Counted from the stretch's first letter, positions 49,132 to 63,929 are shown. The stretch is 64,000 nucleotides of DNA from an uncultured Pelagibacteraceae bacterium (GCA_902609235.1 CACLRF010000002.1:2425-66424), one strand, 5' to 3'. Numbers and translations are program-made. The notes: a model not told the origin generated them from the letters alone.

Positions 49132-51536
49132 AGATTACATATGATTGGTTAAAAGATCATTTAAAAACAAGTGCCAAAGAAGATAAACTTCTTGAGAAAT
49201 TAACAGACATAGGTCTTGAGGTTGAGAGTATAGAAAACTTATCTGAGGGATTAGATTTATTTAAGGTTGCAAAAATTATAAAAACAGAAAAACATCCTAA
49301 TGCAGACAGACTTAAAGTTTGTGATGTTGATGTTGGCAATAAAGAAATCAAAAAAGTTGTTTGTGGAGCTCCAAATGCAAGAGAGGGCCTTCTTACTGTG
49401 TATGCCCCTCCAGGTGCAATAATCCCAAAAAACAAAACTAAGCTTGTTGTTGCTAAAATAAGAGATGTTACATCTTATGGAATGCTCTGTTCCGAATCTG
49501 AATTGAATTTATCAGATGAAAGTGATGGCATTACTGAGCTATCGTTATCTAAATATGCCAAAAATATTGGAAAAAGTTATTTTTCTAAAGCAAGTTCTAA
49601 TCTTATCGATTTATCAATTACACCAAATAGACCAGACTGTCTTGGTGTTCGGGGAATAGCAAGAGATTTATCAGCAGCGGGTTTTGGAAACTTAAAACCA
49701 GAAAAAGATAAAAAAATTAAATCTAATAAAAAACAGACCTTAAAAGTAAAAATAACAAAAGAAAAAAATCAAGGGTGTTTATCTTTTGGTAGCTGCTTGA
49801 TAACTAACGTCACAAATACAGAAAGTCCTCAATGGTTGAAAGATAAATTAATTTCTATAGGCCAAAAACCAATATCTGCAATTGTAGATATTACAAATTA
49901 TGTCATGATTGATATTAATCGACCTCTGCACGCATACGATTCTGACAAAATTGATAAGGGAATAATTGTTAGAAATTCAAAATCAGGAGAAGAATTTACT
50001 GCTCTAGACAATAAAAATTATAAACTAGATGATGGAATGTGTGTAATAAGTGATAACAAAGGTGTCTTAGGCCTAGGAGGAATTATTGGAGGAACAAGAT
50101 CTGGTACAGAGTTAGATACAAAAAATGTTTTATTAGAGTCGGCTTATTTTGATCCAAGATCAATTAGAAAAACTGCTAAGAAATTGAATATCGATACAGA
50201 TGCTAAATTTAGATTTGAAAGGGGTATTGATCAGTTGTCTATTGAAGATGGATTAAATAAAGCAGCTTTCTTAATTAAAGAAATTTGTGGTGGTGAAATT
50301 AGTAAAATAGATATCCAAAAAATTGAGTCTTATAAAAACAAAGTAATAAAATTTGAACCAAAAACATTTGAAAAAATTACTGGTTTTAAAATTTCAACTA
50401 AGGAAATGACAATCATTTTGGAAAAACTTGGTTTTAAATTAAAAAAAGAAAAAAAACTCATTAAATTATCAGTTCCATCTTGGAGACCAGATATTGTTCA
50501 AAAAATTGACATAGTTGAGGAACTTGTAAGAATTAGTGGCTACGAAAAAATAAAAATAGAAAATCCTATTAAAGAAAGATCAAAAAATACTTTAAATCCA
50601 ACTCAAAAGTTATTTCATTTTCTTCAAAGGGCAGTAGCATCTAAAGGGTATTTGGAAGTAATTACATGGTCTTTTACAGACTCTAAATTTAATGATCACT
50701 TTAAAGAAACTAGTAAAGAAATAAAAATTGTAAATCCAATTAGTTCTGAACTGGGAGTATTGAGAAATTCTATTTTTTCAAACTTAGTAATGTACATAAT
50801 TAAAAACTTAGATAGAGGAATTAAAGATTTATCAATATTTGAAATAGGACCAATATTTTATGGTTCGAAACCTGGAGAACAGAATACAGTTGTTTGTGGT
50901 TTATCAGCTGGAAAAAATTCTAGACTTTCATGGATTGAAAAAGAAAGAAATATAGATGTTTTTGATATTAAAAAAGACGTTATACAAACTCTAGTTGAAG
51001 CTGGTTATCACTCAGAAAAATTTTATATTGATGATGAAAGCCCTAATTATTATCATCCAGGAAAATCAGGTAGAATATTTTTAAATAAAGGAAAAGATGA
51101 GGTAGCAGCTTATTTTGGTGAAATTCATCCGAATATTATCAAAACGCTAGATATTAAAACAGAATGTTTATTAGGATTCGAAATATTTTTAGAAAATTTA
51201 AAATTACCAAAAAAACCTCTAAAAGATCAAAAAACAAAATATTTAGTGTCTGATTTTCAAAAATCTGAAAGAGATTTTGCATTTGTAGTTGATAGAAAAG
51301 TAAATGTGCAAGATTTGGTAAGTGTAATATCAAGTATCGATAAAACTTTGATTTCTAATATTAAGGTATTTGATGTTTATGAGGGAGATAATATTCCTGA
51401 AAATCAAAAATCAATCGCACTAAGTGTTACTATTCAATCATTAGAAAAAACTTTAACAGATAATGATTTAGAAAAAATTAATAATTTAATAATAGAAACA
51501 GTTCAAAATAAAACTGGTGCTAAAATCCGTACCTAA
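49128..51536 (+). CDS. pheT: Phenylalanine-tRNA ligase beta subunit
   Basis: [31 protein letters not shown]. Confidence 0.98.
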   Translation: MKITYDWLKDHLKTSAKEDKLLEKLTDIGLEVESIENLSEGLDLFKVAKIIKTEKHPNADRLKVCDVDVGNKEIKKVVCGAPNAREGLLTVYAPPGAIIPKNKTKLVVAKIRDVTSYGMLCSESELNLSDESDGITELSLSKYAKNIGKSYFSKASSNLIDLSITPNRPDCLGVRGIARDLSAAGFGNLKPEKDKKIKSNKKQTLKVKITKEKNQGCLSFGSCLITNVTNTESPQWLKDKLISIGQKPISAIVDITNYVMIDINRPLHAYDSDKIDKGIIVRNSKSGEEFTALDNKNYKLDDGMCVISDNKGVLGLGGIIGGTRSGTELDTKNVLLESAYFDPRSIRKTAKKLNIDTDAKFRFERGIDQLSIEDGLNKAAFLIKEICGGEISKIDIQKIESYKNKVIKFEPKTFEKITGFKISTKEMTIILEKLGFKLKKEKKLIKLSVPSWRPDIVQKIDIVEELVRISGYEKIKIENPIKERSKNTLNPTQKLFHFLQRAVASKGYLEVITWSFTDSKFNDHFKETSKEIKIVNPISSELGVLRNSIFSNLVMYIIKNLDRGIKDLSIFEIGPIFYGSKPGEQNTVVCGLSAGKNSRLSWIEKERNIDVFDIKKDVIQTLVEAGYHSEKFYIDDESPNYYHPGKSGRIFLNKGKDEVAAYFGEIHPNIIKTLDIKTECLLGFEIFLENLKLPKKPLKDQKTKYLVSDFQKSERDFAFVVDRKVNVQDLVSVISSIDKTLISNIKVFDVYEGDNIPENQKSIALSVTIQSLEKTLTDNDLEKINNLIIETVQNKTGAKIRT

Positions 51537-51545
51537 AATTAATTA

Positions 51546-53354
51546 ATGAGTTCAATTGATAATATTAGAAATTTTGCAATTATTGCACATATTGATCATG
51601 GAAAATCTACTATTGCTGATCGGATTATTCATAGCTGTGGTGGATTAACTGAACGAGAGATGAAAGCTCAAGTTTTAGACTCAATGGATATTGAGCGTGA
51701 AAGAGGAATTACAATTAAAGCTCAAACCGTAAAATTAAATTATAAAGCTAAAAATGGAAAAAATTATATTTTAAATATTATTGATACCCCAGGTCATGTG
51801 GATTTCAGTTATGAAGTAAGTAGATCTTTATATGCATGTGAAGGTTCAATTTTGATCGTAGATAGTACACAAGGGGTAGAAGCTCAAACTTTAGCAAATG
51901 TTTACCAAGCTTTAGATACTAACCATGAGATAGTACCAGTTTTAAACAAGGTTGACTTACCTGCATCGGATTTAGATAGAACAAAAAAACAAATTGAGGA
52001 TGTTATAGGAATTGATACTGAAAATGCAATTCCATGTTCAGGTAAAACTGGAGAAGGAATAGAAGATATTTTAGAGCAAATTATTACAACTTTACCAGCT
52101 CCAAAAGGAGAAAGTTCCGCAAATCTGAAATGTTTATTGGTTGATAGTTGGTATGATACATATCTAGGTGTAGTAATTTTAGTTAGAGTGATAGATGGTA
52201 AACTTTCAAAACACGTGAAAATAAAAATGATGTCTACTAATCAAGAGTATATTGTTGAAAAAGTTGGGGTTTTTACACCAAAGCCAGTAGATATAAATGA
52301 ACTAAAAACAGGTGAAATTGGATTTATTACAACAGGAATTAAAGTTTTGTCTGAAACAAAAGTTGGAGATACGATTTGTGATGCTTCAAAACCTTTAAAA
52401 GATGCTTTGCCAGGATTTAAACCAAGTAAGCCGGTAGTTTTCTGTGGGCTTTTTCCAGTAGATAGTTCAGAGTATCAAAAATTAAAAGATGGTTTAGCTA
52501 AACTACAATTGAATGATGCAAGTTTTTCATTTGAACCCGAGTCTTCCTCTGCATTGGGGCTAGGTTTTAGATGTGGGTTTTTAGGATTGCTCCATTTAGA
52601 AATTGTTACAGAGAGATTAGAAAGAGAATTCGATGTAAACTTATTAACAACAACTCCAGGTGTAGTTTACAAAGTTCATTTGAATAATGGAAGTATTGTC
52701 GACCTTCAAAATCCCTCTAGTTTACCAGATCCAACTTTAATTAAGTTAATTGAAGAACCATGGATAAAAGCGACAATAATTACTCCAGATGAATATTTAG
52801 GCTCGATCATTAAGATGTGCCAGGATAAAAGGGGTATACAAACTAATCTAAGCTATTCTGGAAATAGAGCTGTTGTAAATTATGAGTTACCATTAAATGA
52901 AGTGGTTTTTGATTTTAATGATCGTTTGAAATCAATGACTAGTGGATATGCTAGTTTTGATTATGAGATTATTGAACATAGAGAAGGTGATTTAGTAAAA
53001 CTTGGAATTTTAGTAAATGCAGAACCAGTAGATGCATTAGCAATGATGATTCATAAAGATTTTGCTCAAAAAGCAGGAAGGGAGGTTTGTGAAAAATTAA
53101 AAGATTTAATACCAAGACATAACTTTATGATTCCTGTGCAAGCCGCAATAGGTGGTAAGATTATTGCAAGAGAAACAATTAAAGGGTTTAAAAAGGATGT
53201 GTTGACAAAAATACATGGTGGTGGAGCTACAGATAGAAAAAGGAAACTTTTAGAAAAACAAAAAAAAGGTAAAGCAAGATCAAAACAATTTGGTAGAGTA
53301 GAAATCCCGCAAGAAGCATTTATTGGTGTATTAAAGATTAATAAAGAAAAATAA
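51546..53354 (+). CDS. lepA: Elongation factor 4 (LepA)
   Basis: [47 protein letters not shown]. Confidence 0.99.
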   Translation: MSSIDNIRNFAIIAHIDHGKSTIADRIIHSCGGLTEREMKAQVLDSMDIERERGITIKAQTVKLNYKAKNGKNYILNIIDTPGHVDFSYEVSRSLYACEGSILIVDSTQGVEAQTLANVYQALDTNHEIVPVLNKVDLPASDLDRTKKQIEDVIGIDTENAIPCSGKTGEGIEDILEQIITTLPAPKGESSANLKCLLVDSWYDTYLGVVILVRVIDGKLSKHVKIKMMSTNQEYIVEKVGVFTPKPVDINELKTGEIGFITTGIKVLSETKVGDTICDASKPLKDALPGFKPSKPVVFCGLFPVDSSEYQKLKDGLAKLQLNDASFSFEPESSSALGLGFRCGFLGLLHLEIVTERLEREFDVNLLTTTPGVVYKVHLNNGSIVDLQNPSSLPDPTLIKLIEEPWIKATIITPDEYLGSIIKMCQDKRGIQTNLSYSGNRAVVNYELPLNEVVFDFNDRLKSMTSGYASFDYEIIEHREGDLVKLGILVNAEPVDALAMMIHKDFAQKAGREVCEKLKDLIPRHNFMIPVQAAIGGKIIARETIKGFKKDVLTKIHGGGATDRKRKLLEKQKKGKARSKQFGRVEIPQEAFIGVLKINKEK

Positions 53355-53356
53355 AT

Positions 53357-54139
53357 ATGAAAATATTTGACTGCTTTATGTATAACAATGAAGATATTGT
53401 TTTAGAGGTCAGGCTTAATACTCTAGCAAAACATGTTCATAAATTTGTTATTGTAGAAGCTTGTTATGACCATCAAGGAAATAAAAAAAAATTAAATTTT
53501 AGCTTTAAAAAATTTAAAAAATTTGAAAAAAAAATTAATTATATAATTTTAAAAAAGTTTCCAAGAGGTCTTTCAAATTGGGAAAGAGAAAATTATAATA
53601 GAAATTATTTAGAAAAAGGGATCAAAGAGGCTAATGAAAATGATTACATAATGATTTCTGATTTAGATGAAATTCCAAAAATAAATAATTATGAAATATT
53701 CAAAAGAAATAAATATACAGTATTTGAGCAAATGTTGTTCTATTATAGATTCAATTTATTAAATACTAAAACTAATTGGTACGGTACCAGAGCGTGTAAA
53801 AAAAAATATTTGAAATCTCCACAATGGTTGAGAAGCCAAAAGGTAAAAGACTATCCGTTTTGGAGAATTGATAAGGTTAATTGGAACATTATTAAAAATG
53901 GAGGGTGGCATTTTTCTTATGTTATGAGTGACAAAAATATAATTAATAAAATTAGATCTTTTGCACACAGTGAATATAACAAAAAAAAATTTTTAAATTT
54001 AAAAATAGTTAAAAAAATTATTTCAGAAAAGAAGGATATATTTAACCGATCAGTTAAATTTGATAAAATAAAAAATATAAACAAATTGCCAAACTATATA
54101 ACTAAAAATAAAAAAAAATTTAAACAATATATGATTTAA
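53357..54139 (+). CDS. GT17-like (beta-1,4-GlcNAc transferase) glycosyltransferase
   Basis: KIFDCFMY.NE..LEVR, FVIVEA, SDLDEIP, GGWHFSY, KIRSFAHSEY. Confidence 0.8.
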   Translation: MKIFDCFMYNNEDIVLEVRLNTLAKHVHKFVIVEACYDHQGNKKKLNFSFKKFKKFEKKINYIILKKFPRGLSNWERENYNRNYLEKGIKEANENDYIMISDLDEIPKINNYEIFKRNKYTVFEQMLFYYRFNLLNTKTNWYGTRACKKKYLKSPQWLRSQKVKDYPFWRIDKVNWNIIKNGGWHFSYVMSDKNIINKIRSFAHSEYNKKKFLNLKIVKKIISEKKDIFNRSVKFDKIKNINKLPNYITKNKKKFKQYMI

Positions 54140-54160
54140 ATTTTATTAAAAAATAAAAAT

Positions 54161-54847
54161 ATGGAAAAAGTAAATAAGTTTAAATTTAAAATAAATAAAA
54201 TTTATTATTATTTATTTAAAGAAAGATTCAAAAGCAAATTAAATTTTGAATTTCCTGAAAATATTAATAGATGGGATTTAATTCAAAAATTGATTAATTT
54301 AAAAAACTTTCAAAGTTACCTAGAAATAGGTTGTGATGGAGACGACTCATTTTCAAAAATAAAAGTTAAAAATAAAATAGGTGTAGATCCTTATTCAGGA
54401 GGAAATTTTAGAGGTACAAGCGATTTTTTCTTTAGCCAAAATGAAAAAAATTTTGATTGTATTTTTATTGATGGACTTCATGAGTATTATCAAGTTTTAA
54501 AAGATATTAAAAATTCTTTAGAAATACTTTCTGAAAACGGAATTATTCTATTACATGATTGTTTGCCAACAAGTTTACACAAGCAGGCAGTGCCAAGATA
54601 TAAAAATATATGGAATGGGGACGTTTGGAAGTCTATTGTTTATTATAGAACTTTAGAAAATATTGATATTGTGACATGTAAAATTGATCAGGGCATTTCT
54701 GCGATACGAAAAGTAAAAAACAAAGATTGCTTAGACTTGAAACTTGACGATTTTAGTAAGCTTAAATTTAAAGATTTTTATTTTAATCACAAGGAGTATA
54801 TGAGAATTAAAGATTATAATGATTTTCTTAAATATATAAGCAATTAA
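54161..54847 (+). CDS. Class I SAM-dependent methyltransferase (Methyltransf_24-like)
   Basis: YLEIGC, FDCIFIDGLH, ILLHDCLP, WNGDVWK. Confidence 0.82.
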   Translation: MEKVNKFKFKINKIYYYLFKERFKSKLNFEFPENINRWDLIQKLINLKNFQSYLEIGCDGDDSFSKIKVKNKIGVDPYSGGNFRGTSDFFFSQNEKNFDCIFIDGLHEYYQVLKDIKNSLEILSENGIILLHDCLPTSLHKQAVPRYKNIWNGDVWKSIVYYRTLENIDIVTCKIDQGISAIRKVKNKDCLDLKLDDFSKLKFKDFYFNHKEYMRIKDYNDFLKYISN

Positions 54848-54934
54848 TTAAATTAACTTAGAATATTCTTTTCCAGATTTTATAATAAAAAATAAATAAT
54901 AACTTTCTTATTGGACTTTTAAAAATTTCAGGAT

Positions 54935-55993
54935 CTACATGATCAAATCAAAGTATTTTTTGTCAAAAATTAATAAATCAAGTCCATCAAATTTTTTATA
55001 TTTATTAATTATTATTTTTTTATGTTTAAGACCAGAGTGATTTGATATAGTTTTGATTGCATTTCTTTTAGAGTCATTTTTTCTTAGTATTTCATATATT
55101 TGTGTTTTTTTTTTACAAAAAATTATATTTGCAAATCCTGCACCATGTAATCCAAGTATTAATTTTGATGAGTTAAATAGAGATATCTGATCAAAAATAC
55201 TTAACTTCGACAATTTAAATATTGCAAAATTTTTTTTCTTTAATGTTTTAATTATTTTATCATTTTCAAAAAATTGATAATGATTAAATTTTGAGTCAGA
55301 CCTATCAATAAAAATTTTTTTATTATTAAATTTTCTACCTTTGTATTTTATAAGTCTGTTTTTTATTTTTTTTACAATATTTATTGGAATATTTTCAAAT
55401 TGTTTATGGAAACCTCCAGACTTTAGATAAATATTATCTAAAAATGAGATTGTATCAGCTTGAATATGTTTAAATTTTTGACTGTCAATTAGTTGTTTTT
55501 TTTCAATGCCATAAATTTTTAATGTATCGATAATATAATTATCTATTTTGGGAATGTAAAAATAATCAAAGCGATTTAACATTTTATTTATGTAAAGAAT
55601 TTCTATTTTTGGCAATAAATCAAATAACCAATGCCAGTAGTTATTTCCACTCGCACCCTGTATCAAAGAAAAAACTTTTCCTTTAAAATTTTTTTTAAAT
55701 TTAGGAGTACCAATTTTTAAAACTGAATTATATTTTATAGAACTTATTTTGTCTTTATTTTGCTGATAAGAAAAATTAGTAATTTGATTATTTTTTGAAA
55801 TATAAGCAACGTTAGTATTACAATCTGTAAAAATTCTACCTCTATCAATCTCATATAATTTAAAATTTTTTTTTAAAAAACTTAAATTTGTAATTTTTAA
55901 TTCTTTATTATCTATTTTTTTTTTAGATCGATAAATTTTTCCATAGATTATTTCAAATAATTTAATGATAGAAATTTTATATAAATATTTCAT
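54935..55993 (-). CDS. GT61/DUF563-like glycosyltransferase
   Basis: NYWHWLFDLLP, FIDRSD, DQISLF, GLHGAGFANIIF. Confidence 0.82.
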   Translation of the reverse strand: MKYLYKISIIKLFEIIYGKIYRSKKKIDNKELKITNLSFLKKNFKLYEIDRGRIFTDCNTNVAYISKNNQITNFSYQQNKDKISSIKYNSVLKIGTPKFKKNFKGKVFSLIQGASGNNYWHWLFDLLPKIEILYINKMLNRFDYFYIPKIDNYIIDTLKIYGIEKKQLIDSQKFKHIQADTISFLDNIYLKSGGFHKQFENIPINIVKKIKNRLIKYKGRKFNNKKIFIDRSDSKFNHYQFFENDKIIKTLKKKNFAIFKLSKLSIFDQISLFNSSKLILGLHGAGFANIIFCKKKTQIYEILRKNDSKRNAIKTISNHSGLKHKKIIINKYKKFDGLDLLIFDKKYFDLIM

Positions 55994-56068
55994 AGAGAAA
56001 ACTTATAATTTTCATTGTAAAAGATATAACTTTTTTTTAAAACTGATATAACATTCTTTATTAATTAA

Positions 56069-56794
56069 ATGAATCAATATTATAATTTTATATTTAAATC
56101 CTTTAAAAAAAATAAATTAATTTCAATTTATTTAATTATAAGATTATTTATATTTAGAAAACTTAGCTTTTTAGATAAAAAATTCCAGAAAAAATATTTA
56201 AAAGTTAGTCAGCAAACTTCTAGTTTTAAAAGTAAAGGAAGATACTCTCAAGACTGGTTTTCTTATAATATAAAATATCTTTCAAGAATTATATACAAAT
56301 ATAAATTAACGGAAAAAAATATGAATATTTTGGAGATAGGATCTTTTGAAGGTTTATCAACAGTATTTTTTCTAACTAATTTAAAAAATTCAAATATACA
56401 ATGTGTGGATCCATTTTTAAGTTTTGCAGAAAATAAAGATAAAGATTTTAATCAAGTATTTGAAAATTTTAAAAATAATACTAAAGAATTTCAAACAAGA
56501 GTTAGATTGAGCAAGACCACTTCAGATGATTATTTTAAAAAAAATTTAAATGTAAAATTTGACTTGATATATATTGATGGAAATCATCATGCTGACAATG
56601 TTTTAAGAGATGCAAGAAATTCATTTAAAGTACTTAATAGAGGAGGTTTTATTGTGTTTGATGATTTTCTTTGGGGTTATTATAATGAAACAAATTTAAA
56701 TCCAATTGGTGGTGTTAAACAATTTTTATTTGAAAATTTTTTTGGTTTAAGAATTGTATCTATTGGATATCAATTGGTAATCCAAAAAAAATAA
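56069..56794 (+). CDS. Class I SAM-dependent methyltransferase (Methyltransf_24-like)
   Basis: [31 protein letters not shown]. Confidence 0.85.
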   Translation: MNQYYNFIFKSFKKNKLISIYLIIRLFIFRKLSFLDKKFQKKYLKVSQQTSSFKSKGRYSQDWFSYNIKYLSRIIYKYKLTEKNMNILEIGSFEGLSTVFFLTNLKNSNIQCVDPFLSFAENKDKDFNQVFENFKNNTKEFQTRVRLSKTTSDDYFKKNLNVKFDLIYIDGNHHADNVLRDARNSFKVLNRGGFIVFDDFLWGYYNETNLNPIGGVKQFLFENFFGLRIVSIGYQLVIQKK

Positions 56795-56818
56795 GTTAAT
56801 CTTATAAATATTAATATT

Positions 56819-56908
56819 GGAGAGGTGGCCGAGTGGTTGAAGGCGCACGCTTGGAAAGCGTGTATAGAGTAAACTCTATCATGGGTTCGAATCCCATTCT
56901 CTCCGCCA
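56819..56908 (+). tRNA. tRNA-Ser (GGA)
   Basis: GGAGAGG/TCTCTCC-G-CCA, anticodon arm CACGC-TTGGAAA-GCGTG, long variable arm. Confidence 0.97.
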
Positions 56909-56969
56909 TTAAATAAGCCTTATTTTCAGACAATTATTTAAGCATTTTTAGATTTTTATTTTAAGATAA

Positions 56970-59081
<2,112 letters not shown>

Positions 59082-59083
59082 AA

Positions 59084-60364
59084 ATGAAGTTCTTTGAAAC
59101 TTCAAAATATCATTCTTTTAAAAAATCAACGTATATAACTCTTAGATGGATCGGAATTATTGGACAATTAATTGCAGTAAATTTTGTATATTTATTTCTA
59201 AATCCTAGTTATGATTTTATTACCTCAAATTTAGTTATATTTTTAGGAATATTAAGTAATTTATATTTAATTTTTATTTATAAAAAAACACAATTATCAG
59301 ATAGATCTGCTTTTATCTTCCTATTCATAGATATTTTGCAATTAGGCATTCTTCTTTATTTGTCTGGGGGAATAACTAATCCTTTTATAATTTTTATATT
59401 AATACCAAGTGTTTTTTCTTCATCAAATTTAAGCTTAAGAACTAATACTTTGTTAGTAATCTTGACAGTAATTATAATTATATTTTTGACTTTTAGTTAT
59501 CAGGATTTGCCAATTAATTTAAATAGTGATTTTCATAATAATCATTATTTTTATTACTCTATTCCAATATCTTTAATTATTGCTTTAGTCTTTCTAAATT
59601 ATTTTGCAATGACATTTGGAACCCAATCTAGATTGAGAAAAGAGGCATTAGGAAAAATGGAAGAAGTGATGGCCAAAGAACACGAGCTTTTATCTTTAGG
59701 AGGTCAGGCTGCTGCAGCGGCACATTCTTTAGGTACACCGCTTTCCACAATAACAATAATTGCACATGATTTAATGAAACAACTTAAGGGGCAAAAAGAT
59801 TTCGAAAAAGATATAGAGTTATTGAATAGCCAAGTCGAGCGATGTAATGACATTTTAAAGAGATTGACTTTAAATCCTGTGGAAGAGGATGAATTTATTG
59901 ATAAAGATATTAATATTCGAGATTATTTGTATGAAATTATCTCTTCATTTAAGGAAATAAGTAAAAAGGAATTTATCTATAATTTTGATCAAGATTCGAA
60001 TTCAAAAAAAATAAGTAAATCTATTGAAATAGTCTATGGATTAAGAAACTTTATAGGAAACGCAAACAAATTTGCCAAAAATTCTATTTTTATAAATTTA
60101 AAAAGCGACAGTGAATTTACAGAAATTACAGTAGAAGATGATGGTAATGGTTATCCACGAGATATTATATCTAAAATTGGAGAACCATATTTAAAATCAA
60201 ATTCTTCAAAAGATAAGTCTAAAGAGGGTTTAGGACTAGGGTTGTTCATTGGAAAAACTTTATTAGAGAAAAATTTTGCATCAGTAAATTGTAGAAATTC
60301 TAAAACACGCAGTGGAGCTGAAGTTGTTATTAGATGGAAAAATAAAGAATTATTTAATATTTAG
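59084..60364 (+). CDS. regB: RegB/PrrB/ActS redox-sensing histidine kinase
   Basis: LRW, GGITNPF quinone motif, [13 protein letters not shown]-box, ERC redox Cys, GLGLG. Confidence 0.92.
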   Translation: MKFFETSKYHSFKKSTYITLRWIGIIGQLIAVNFVYLFLNPSYDFITSNLVIFLGILSNLYLIFIYKKTQLSDRSAFIFLFIDILQLGILLYLSGGITNPFIIFILIPSVFSSSNLSLRTNTLLVILTVIIIIFLTFSYQDLPINLNSDFHNNHYFYYSIPISLIIALVFLNYFAMTFGTQSRLRKEALGKMEEVMAKEHELLSLGGQAAAAAHSLGTPLSTITIIAHDLMKQLKGQKDFEKDIELLNSQVERCNDILKRLTLNPVEEDEFIDKDINIRDYLYEIISSFKEISKKEFIYNFDQDSNSKKISKSIEIVYGLRNFIGNANKFAKNSIFINLKSDSEFTEITVEDDGNGYPRDIISKIGEPYLKSNSSKDKSKEGLGLGLFIGKTLLEKNFASVNCRNSKTRSGAEVVIRWKNKELFNI

Positions 60365-62160
60365 TGGTATTTGTTCTTTGTTTCAAATAATGAGCTTAAT
60401 TGAGATATCATAACATCTCCTAATTCATTTACGTCTGTAATTTTAATAGCCTTATTATAATACCTTGAAACATCGTGACCAATTCCTATAGCCAAAACTT
60501 CAATATCCGATTTATTTTCAATAAACTTCACAATCCTTTTTAAATGTTTTTCCAAAAAATCACCTGAATTTACAGAAAGAGTTGAGTCATCTACGGGCGC
60601 TCCATCAGAAATCACCATCAGAATTTTTCGTTCCTCTTTTCTTTTTTTAATTCTATTGTACGCCCATGATATTGCTTCTCCATCAATGTTTTCTTTGAGT
60701 AATCCTTCTTTAAGCATTAGTCCTAAATTATTTTTTGCCTGTCTCCAATGGGTATCTGCTCCTTTGTAAATTATATGTCTTAGGTCGTTCAATCTTCCTG
60801 GTGTTTTAGGTTTAGAATTTTTGGTCCAAAATTCTCTACTCTGTCCACCCTTCCAATTTTTAGTTGTGAAACCTAAAATTTCAACTTTAACAGAGCACCT
60901 TTCTAGCGTTCTCGATAAAATATCTGCACAAATAGCTGCAATGGTGATAGGTCTTCCTCTCATAGATCCAGAATTGTCTATTAGTAGAGTTACTACTGTA
61001 TCTTTAAAATCTAAATCTTTTTCTTTTTTGAATGACAAAGAATTATATGGATCCATAATAATTCTTGGAAGTTTTGAACTGTCTAATAATCCCTCCTCTA
61101 AATCAAATTCCCATGCTCTATTTTGTTTTGCAAGCAATTGTCTTTGAAGTTTATTAGCAAGTTTTGTTATAATATCTTGAAAGCCTATTAATTGTTGATC
61201 TAAATTTCTTCTTAGTTTTGTTGCTTCATCTGCATTTTCTAGATTTTCAGCTTTAACAACTTCATCAAATTGAGTTGTAAATATTTTATAATCTAAATTG
61301 ATATTATCTATTTTTTTTTGAGCTACTTGCTCAGAGCTTTGTTCATCTGACTCTGTGTCCGACAACTGTTCGTCAAAGTTAAATTCATCAACACTATAAT
61401 CAGCATCTAGTGAAGCTTCTGATACATTTTCATCTTTTTCATCTTTATTATCTTCTTTGTCATTATTTTCATCTTCATTTGATGGATTGTCTTGTCCTTG
61501 ATCTTGATTTTCTTCTTTTCTTTCATCCTCATCTTCACTTTGAAAAATATCCATTTCTTCTAATATCTCTGAAAACTTTAAACTATAAATATTTTGATCT
61601 TCAAGGTTTTTAAGCAAAAATTCTTTATGTTTTTCTATAGCTTCCTCAAAATCTTTTTCCCAAAAATTAAGCATTTTTGTTGTTAGAGGATTTAGCTTAA
61701 TTTTATGAAAATTCTTAAGCATATATAGCTCGAATGCCTCTGAAACAGATACATCCTCTTTAGTTTTTAGTTGATCTTTTCTTTTACGATTTATTATTTG
61801 ATGATAGTTTTCTTGAAAATTTTTTTCAATTCCTTTCAGCATTTTTCCTCCTAGAGTCTCATAACGTATTTTTTCAGCTATATTATAAAGAGATCTAGAC
61901 GATGTATTTGAAGGAAGGTTTTTTTTGTAAATTGTTTCATTACAAAATTTTTTTTTCAAAGCAGAGGAATCTGTTTCTGCACGCAATCTTATAAAGTCAG
62001 CTGGACTAGTTAAATTATCAATCTCTAGAAAATTAAATTCTTTTATTTTTTTTTCTTCAGTATTAGTTTTTTTTATATCAAAATCATCTGCAATTACTTT
62101 TGCAGTAGAAGTTAAAGCAATTTTGAATTTTTCTTTTAAATTATTTTCTTTAGTGCTCAT
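60361..62160 (-). CDS. cobT: CobT-family vWA-domain protein
   Basis: Acidic linker, [46 protein letters not shown]. Confidence 0.93.
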   Translation of the reverse strand: MSTKENNLKEKFKIALTSTAKVIADDFDIKKTNTEEKKIKEFNFLEIDNLTSPADFIRLRAETDSSALKKKFCNETIYKKNLPSNTSSRSLYNIAEKIRYETLGGKMLKGIEKNFQENYHQIINRKRKDQLKTKEDVSVSEAFELYMLKNFHKIKLNPLTTKMLNFWEKDFEEAIEKHKEFLLKNLEDQNIYSLKFSEILEEMDIFQSEDEDERKEENQDQGQDNPSNEDENNDKEDNKDEKDENVSEASLDADYSVDEFNFDEQLSDTESDEQSSEQVAQKKIDNINLDYKIFTTQFDEVVKAENLENADEATKLRRNLDQQLIGFQDIITKLANKLQRQLLAKQNRAWEFDLEEGLLDSSKLPRIIMDPYNSLSFKKEKDLDFKDTVVTLLIDNSGSMRGRPITIAAICADILSRTLERCSVKVEILGFTTKNWKGGQSREFWTKNSKPKTPGRLNDLRHIIYKGADTHWRQAKNNLGLMLKEGLLKENIDGEAISWAYNRIKKRKEERKILMVISDGAPVDDSTLSVNSGDFLEKHLKRIVKFIENKSDIEVLAIGIGHDVSRYYNKAIKITDVNELGDVMISQLSSLFETKNKYH

Positions 62161-63134
62161 TAGATTTGAATATTAATCAAAGATTCTGGTAACTCTTCAC
62201 CAAAACATCTTTGATAATATTCTGCGATAGTATTTTTTTCAATATCATCACATTTATTAAGAAAAGTTACCCTAAAAGCGTAACCAGTGTCTTTAAATAT
62301 CTCTGCATTTTCTGCCCAATGTAACACTGTTCTTGGGCTCATCACTGTTGAAATATCTCCTACAATAAATCCTTTACGCGTTAAAGATGCCACTTTTATC
62401 ATATTAGCAACCTTCTCTTTTCCCTTTGCGTTATTTAAGTTTTTATTTTTAGACAAAACAATGTCCATTTCTCTATCTAAACTAAGATAGTTTAATGTTG
62501 TAACAATATTCCATCTATCCATCTGACCTTGGTTAATTTGCTGCGTACCATGATAAAGACCTGTTGTATCACCGAGTCCAACAGTATTTGAAGTAGCAAA
62601 TAATCTAAAAAATTTATTTTGTTTAATTACTTTGTTTTTATCTAGTAATGTAAAATTTCCCTCAGCTTCTAAAACTCTTTGAATTACAAACATTACATCA
62701 GGTCTGCCAGCATCATATTCATCAAAAACAAGTGCAACTGGATTTTGAATAGACCATGGTAAAATTCCCTCATTAAATTGAGTTACTTGTTTACCATCTT
62801 TAAGAACGATCGCATCTTTTCCAATTAAATCAATTCTACTTACATGACTATCTAAATTTACACGGATACAAGGCCAATTTAATCTTGCAGCAATTTGCTC
62901 AATGTGAGTAGATTTTCCAGTACCATGATATCCTTGAACTAAAACTCTTTTATTAAATGCAAATCCTGAAATGATAGCTAAAGTAGTGTCTCTATCGAAC
63001 TTATAGTTTTTATCAATTTCAGGAACATATTCATTCTTTTTTGAAAATGCGTCTACTTCCATTTCTGAATCAATTCCAAAAGTTTGTTTTAATGAAATTT
63101 TAATATCTGGTTCTGTATTGAGATTTGGTGTCAA
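62160..63134 (-). CDS. cobS: CobS-family AAA+ ATPase
   Basis: GYHGTGKS Walker [22 protein letters not shown]; TTG start. Confidence 0.95.
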   Translation of the reverse strand: MTPNLNTEPDIKISLKQTFGIDSEMEVDAFSKKNEYVPEIDKNYKFDRDTTLAIISGFAFNKRVLVQGYHGTGKSTHIEQIAARLNWPCIRVNLDSHVSRIDLIGKDAIVLKDGKQVTQFNEGILPWSIQNPVALVFDEYDAGRPDVMFVIQRVLEAEGNFTLLDKNKVIKQNKFFRLFATSNTVGLGDTTGLYHGTQQINQGQMDRWNIVTTLNYLSLDREMDIVLSKNKNLNNAKGKEKVANMIKVASLTRKGFIVGDISTVMSPRTVLHWAENAEIFKDTGYAFRVTFLNKCDDIEKNTIAEYYQRCFGEELPESLINIQI

Positions 63135-63651
63135 TTTTTTCTCTATAAGTATTTTTTAATTGAGTGTAAGCTAGTGTTATAAGTTTAAGTTTTTCCTCAT
63201 ATTTTTTATTTCCAGAATTCATATCAGGGTGAAATTTTTTCACAAGTAATTTGAATTTATCTTGTATTTTCTTCCACTTTAAACCTACAGAAACCCCCAA
63301 TATTCCAAAAGCTTTTATATCTTTATGATCAAATTTAAATTGACGCATATGATTATAATCTCCATTTATTTTTTCTTTATCGAACTCATCTCTCAAAGTT
63401 GTGTTCCATAGCACTTTGAAAAAATTATCTGAGGAGCTAAAGCTTTGTGTGGGTTTGTGCCAAGTCATATCAGATTTTAAAAAATCCATTACTTGGTCAT
63501 CATTCATTCCTGAAAAATAATTCCAATTTTTATTAAATTCTTTTACATGTTCAAGGCAAAGCATTCTAAATTTTCTACTATTATCTTTTTCAACTGGTGC
63601 TTTATATTCACCTATTTCATTACAATTATTCCAGTCACAAATATTTTTCAT
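63100..63651 (-). CDS. J-domain (DnaJ-like) protein with an N-terminal Cys/His motif
   Basis: CDWNNC..CLEHV..WNYF N-terminus, C-terminal J domain KKFHPDMN; start ATG 63651 preferred. Confidence 0.88.
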   Translation of the reverse strand: MKNICDWNNCNEIGEYKAPVEKDNSRKFRMLCLEHVKEFNKNWNYFSGMNDDQVMDFLKSDMTWHKPTQSFSSSDNFFKVLWNTTLRDEFDKEKINGDYNHMRQFKFDHKDIKAFGILGVSVGLKWKKIQDKFKLLVKKFHPDMNSGNKKYEEKLKLITLAYTQLKNTYREKIDTKSQYRTRY

Positions 63652-63668
63652 GATATATAATAACATAT

Positions 63669-63929
63669 ATGGATATAAATGAGTTAATTACAATTGTAAA
63701 AAATAAATTATTAAATCAAATAAATATTGAAAGTATAAATATTGAAGATAAATCTTTTCTTCATAAAAATCACAAAGGAAATCAAGAAGGAAAATATCAT
63801 TTAAAATTAATTATCGTTTCTAAAGAACTAAAAAAAATGAATAAAATTGAAAGTAATAAAAAAATTTACAAGATTTTAGATCAAGAATTAAAAGAATTTA
63901 TTCACTCAATCCAAATTTTAATTAATTAA
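63669..63929 (+). CDS. bolA: BolA-family protein
   Basis: EDKSFLHKNH, YHLKLIIVS, IY..L..E..IHS; divergent from the J-domain gene. Confidence 0.85.
   Translation: MDINELITIVKNKLLNQINIESINIEDKSFLHKNHKGNQEGKYHLKLIIVSKELKKMNKIESNKKIYKILDQELKEFIHSIQILIN

Noticed and set aside
61260-61560. Asp/Glu-rich low-complexity tract in CobT
   Set aside because: An acidic linker is a normal feature of the CobT family
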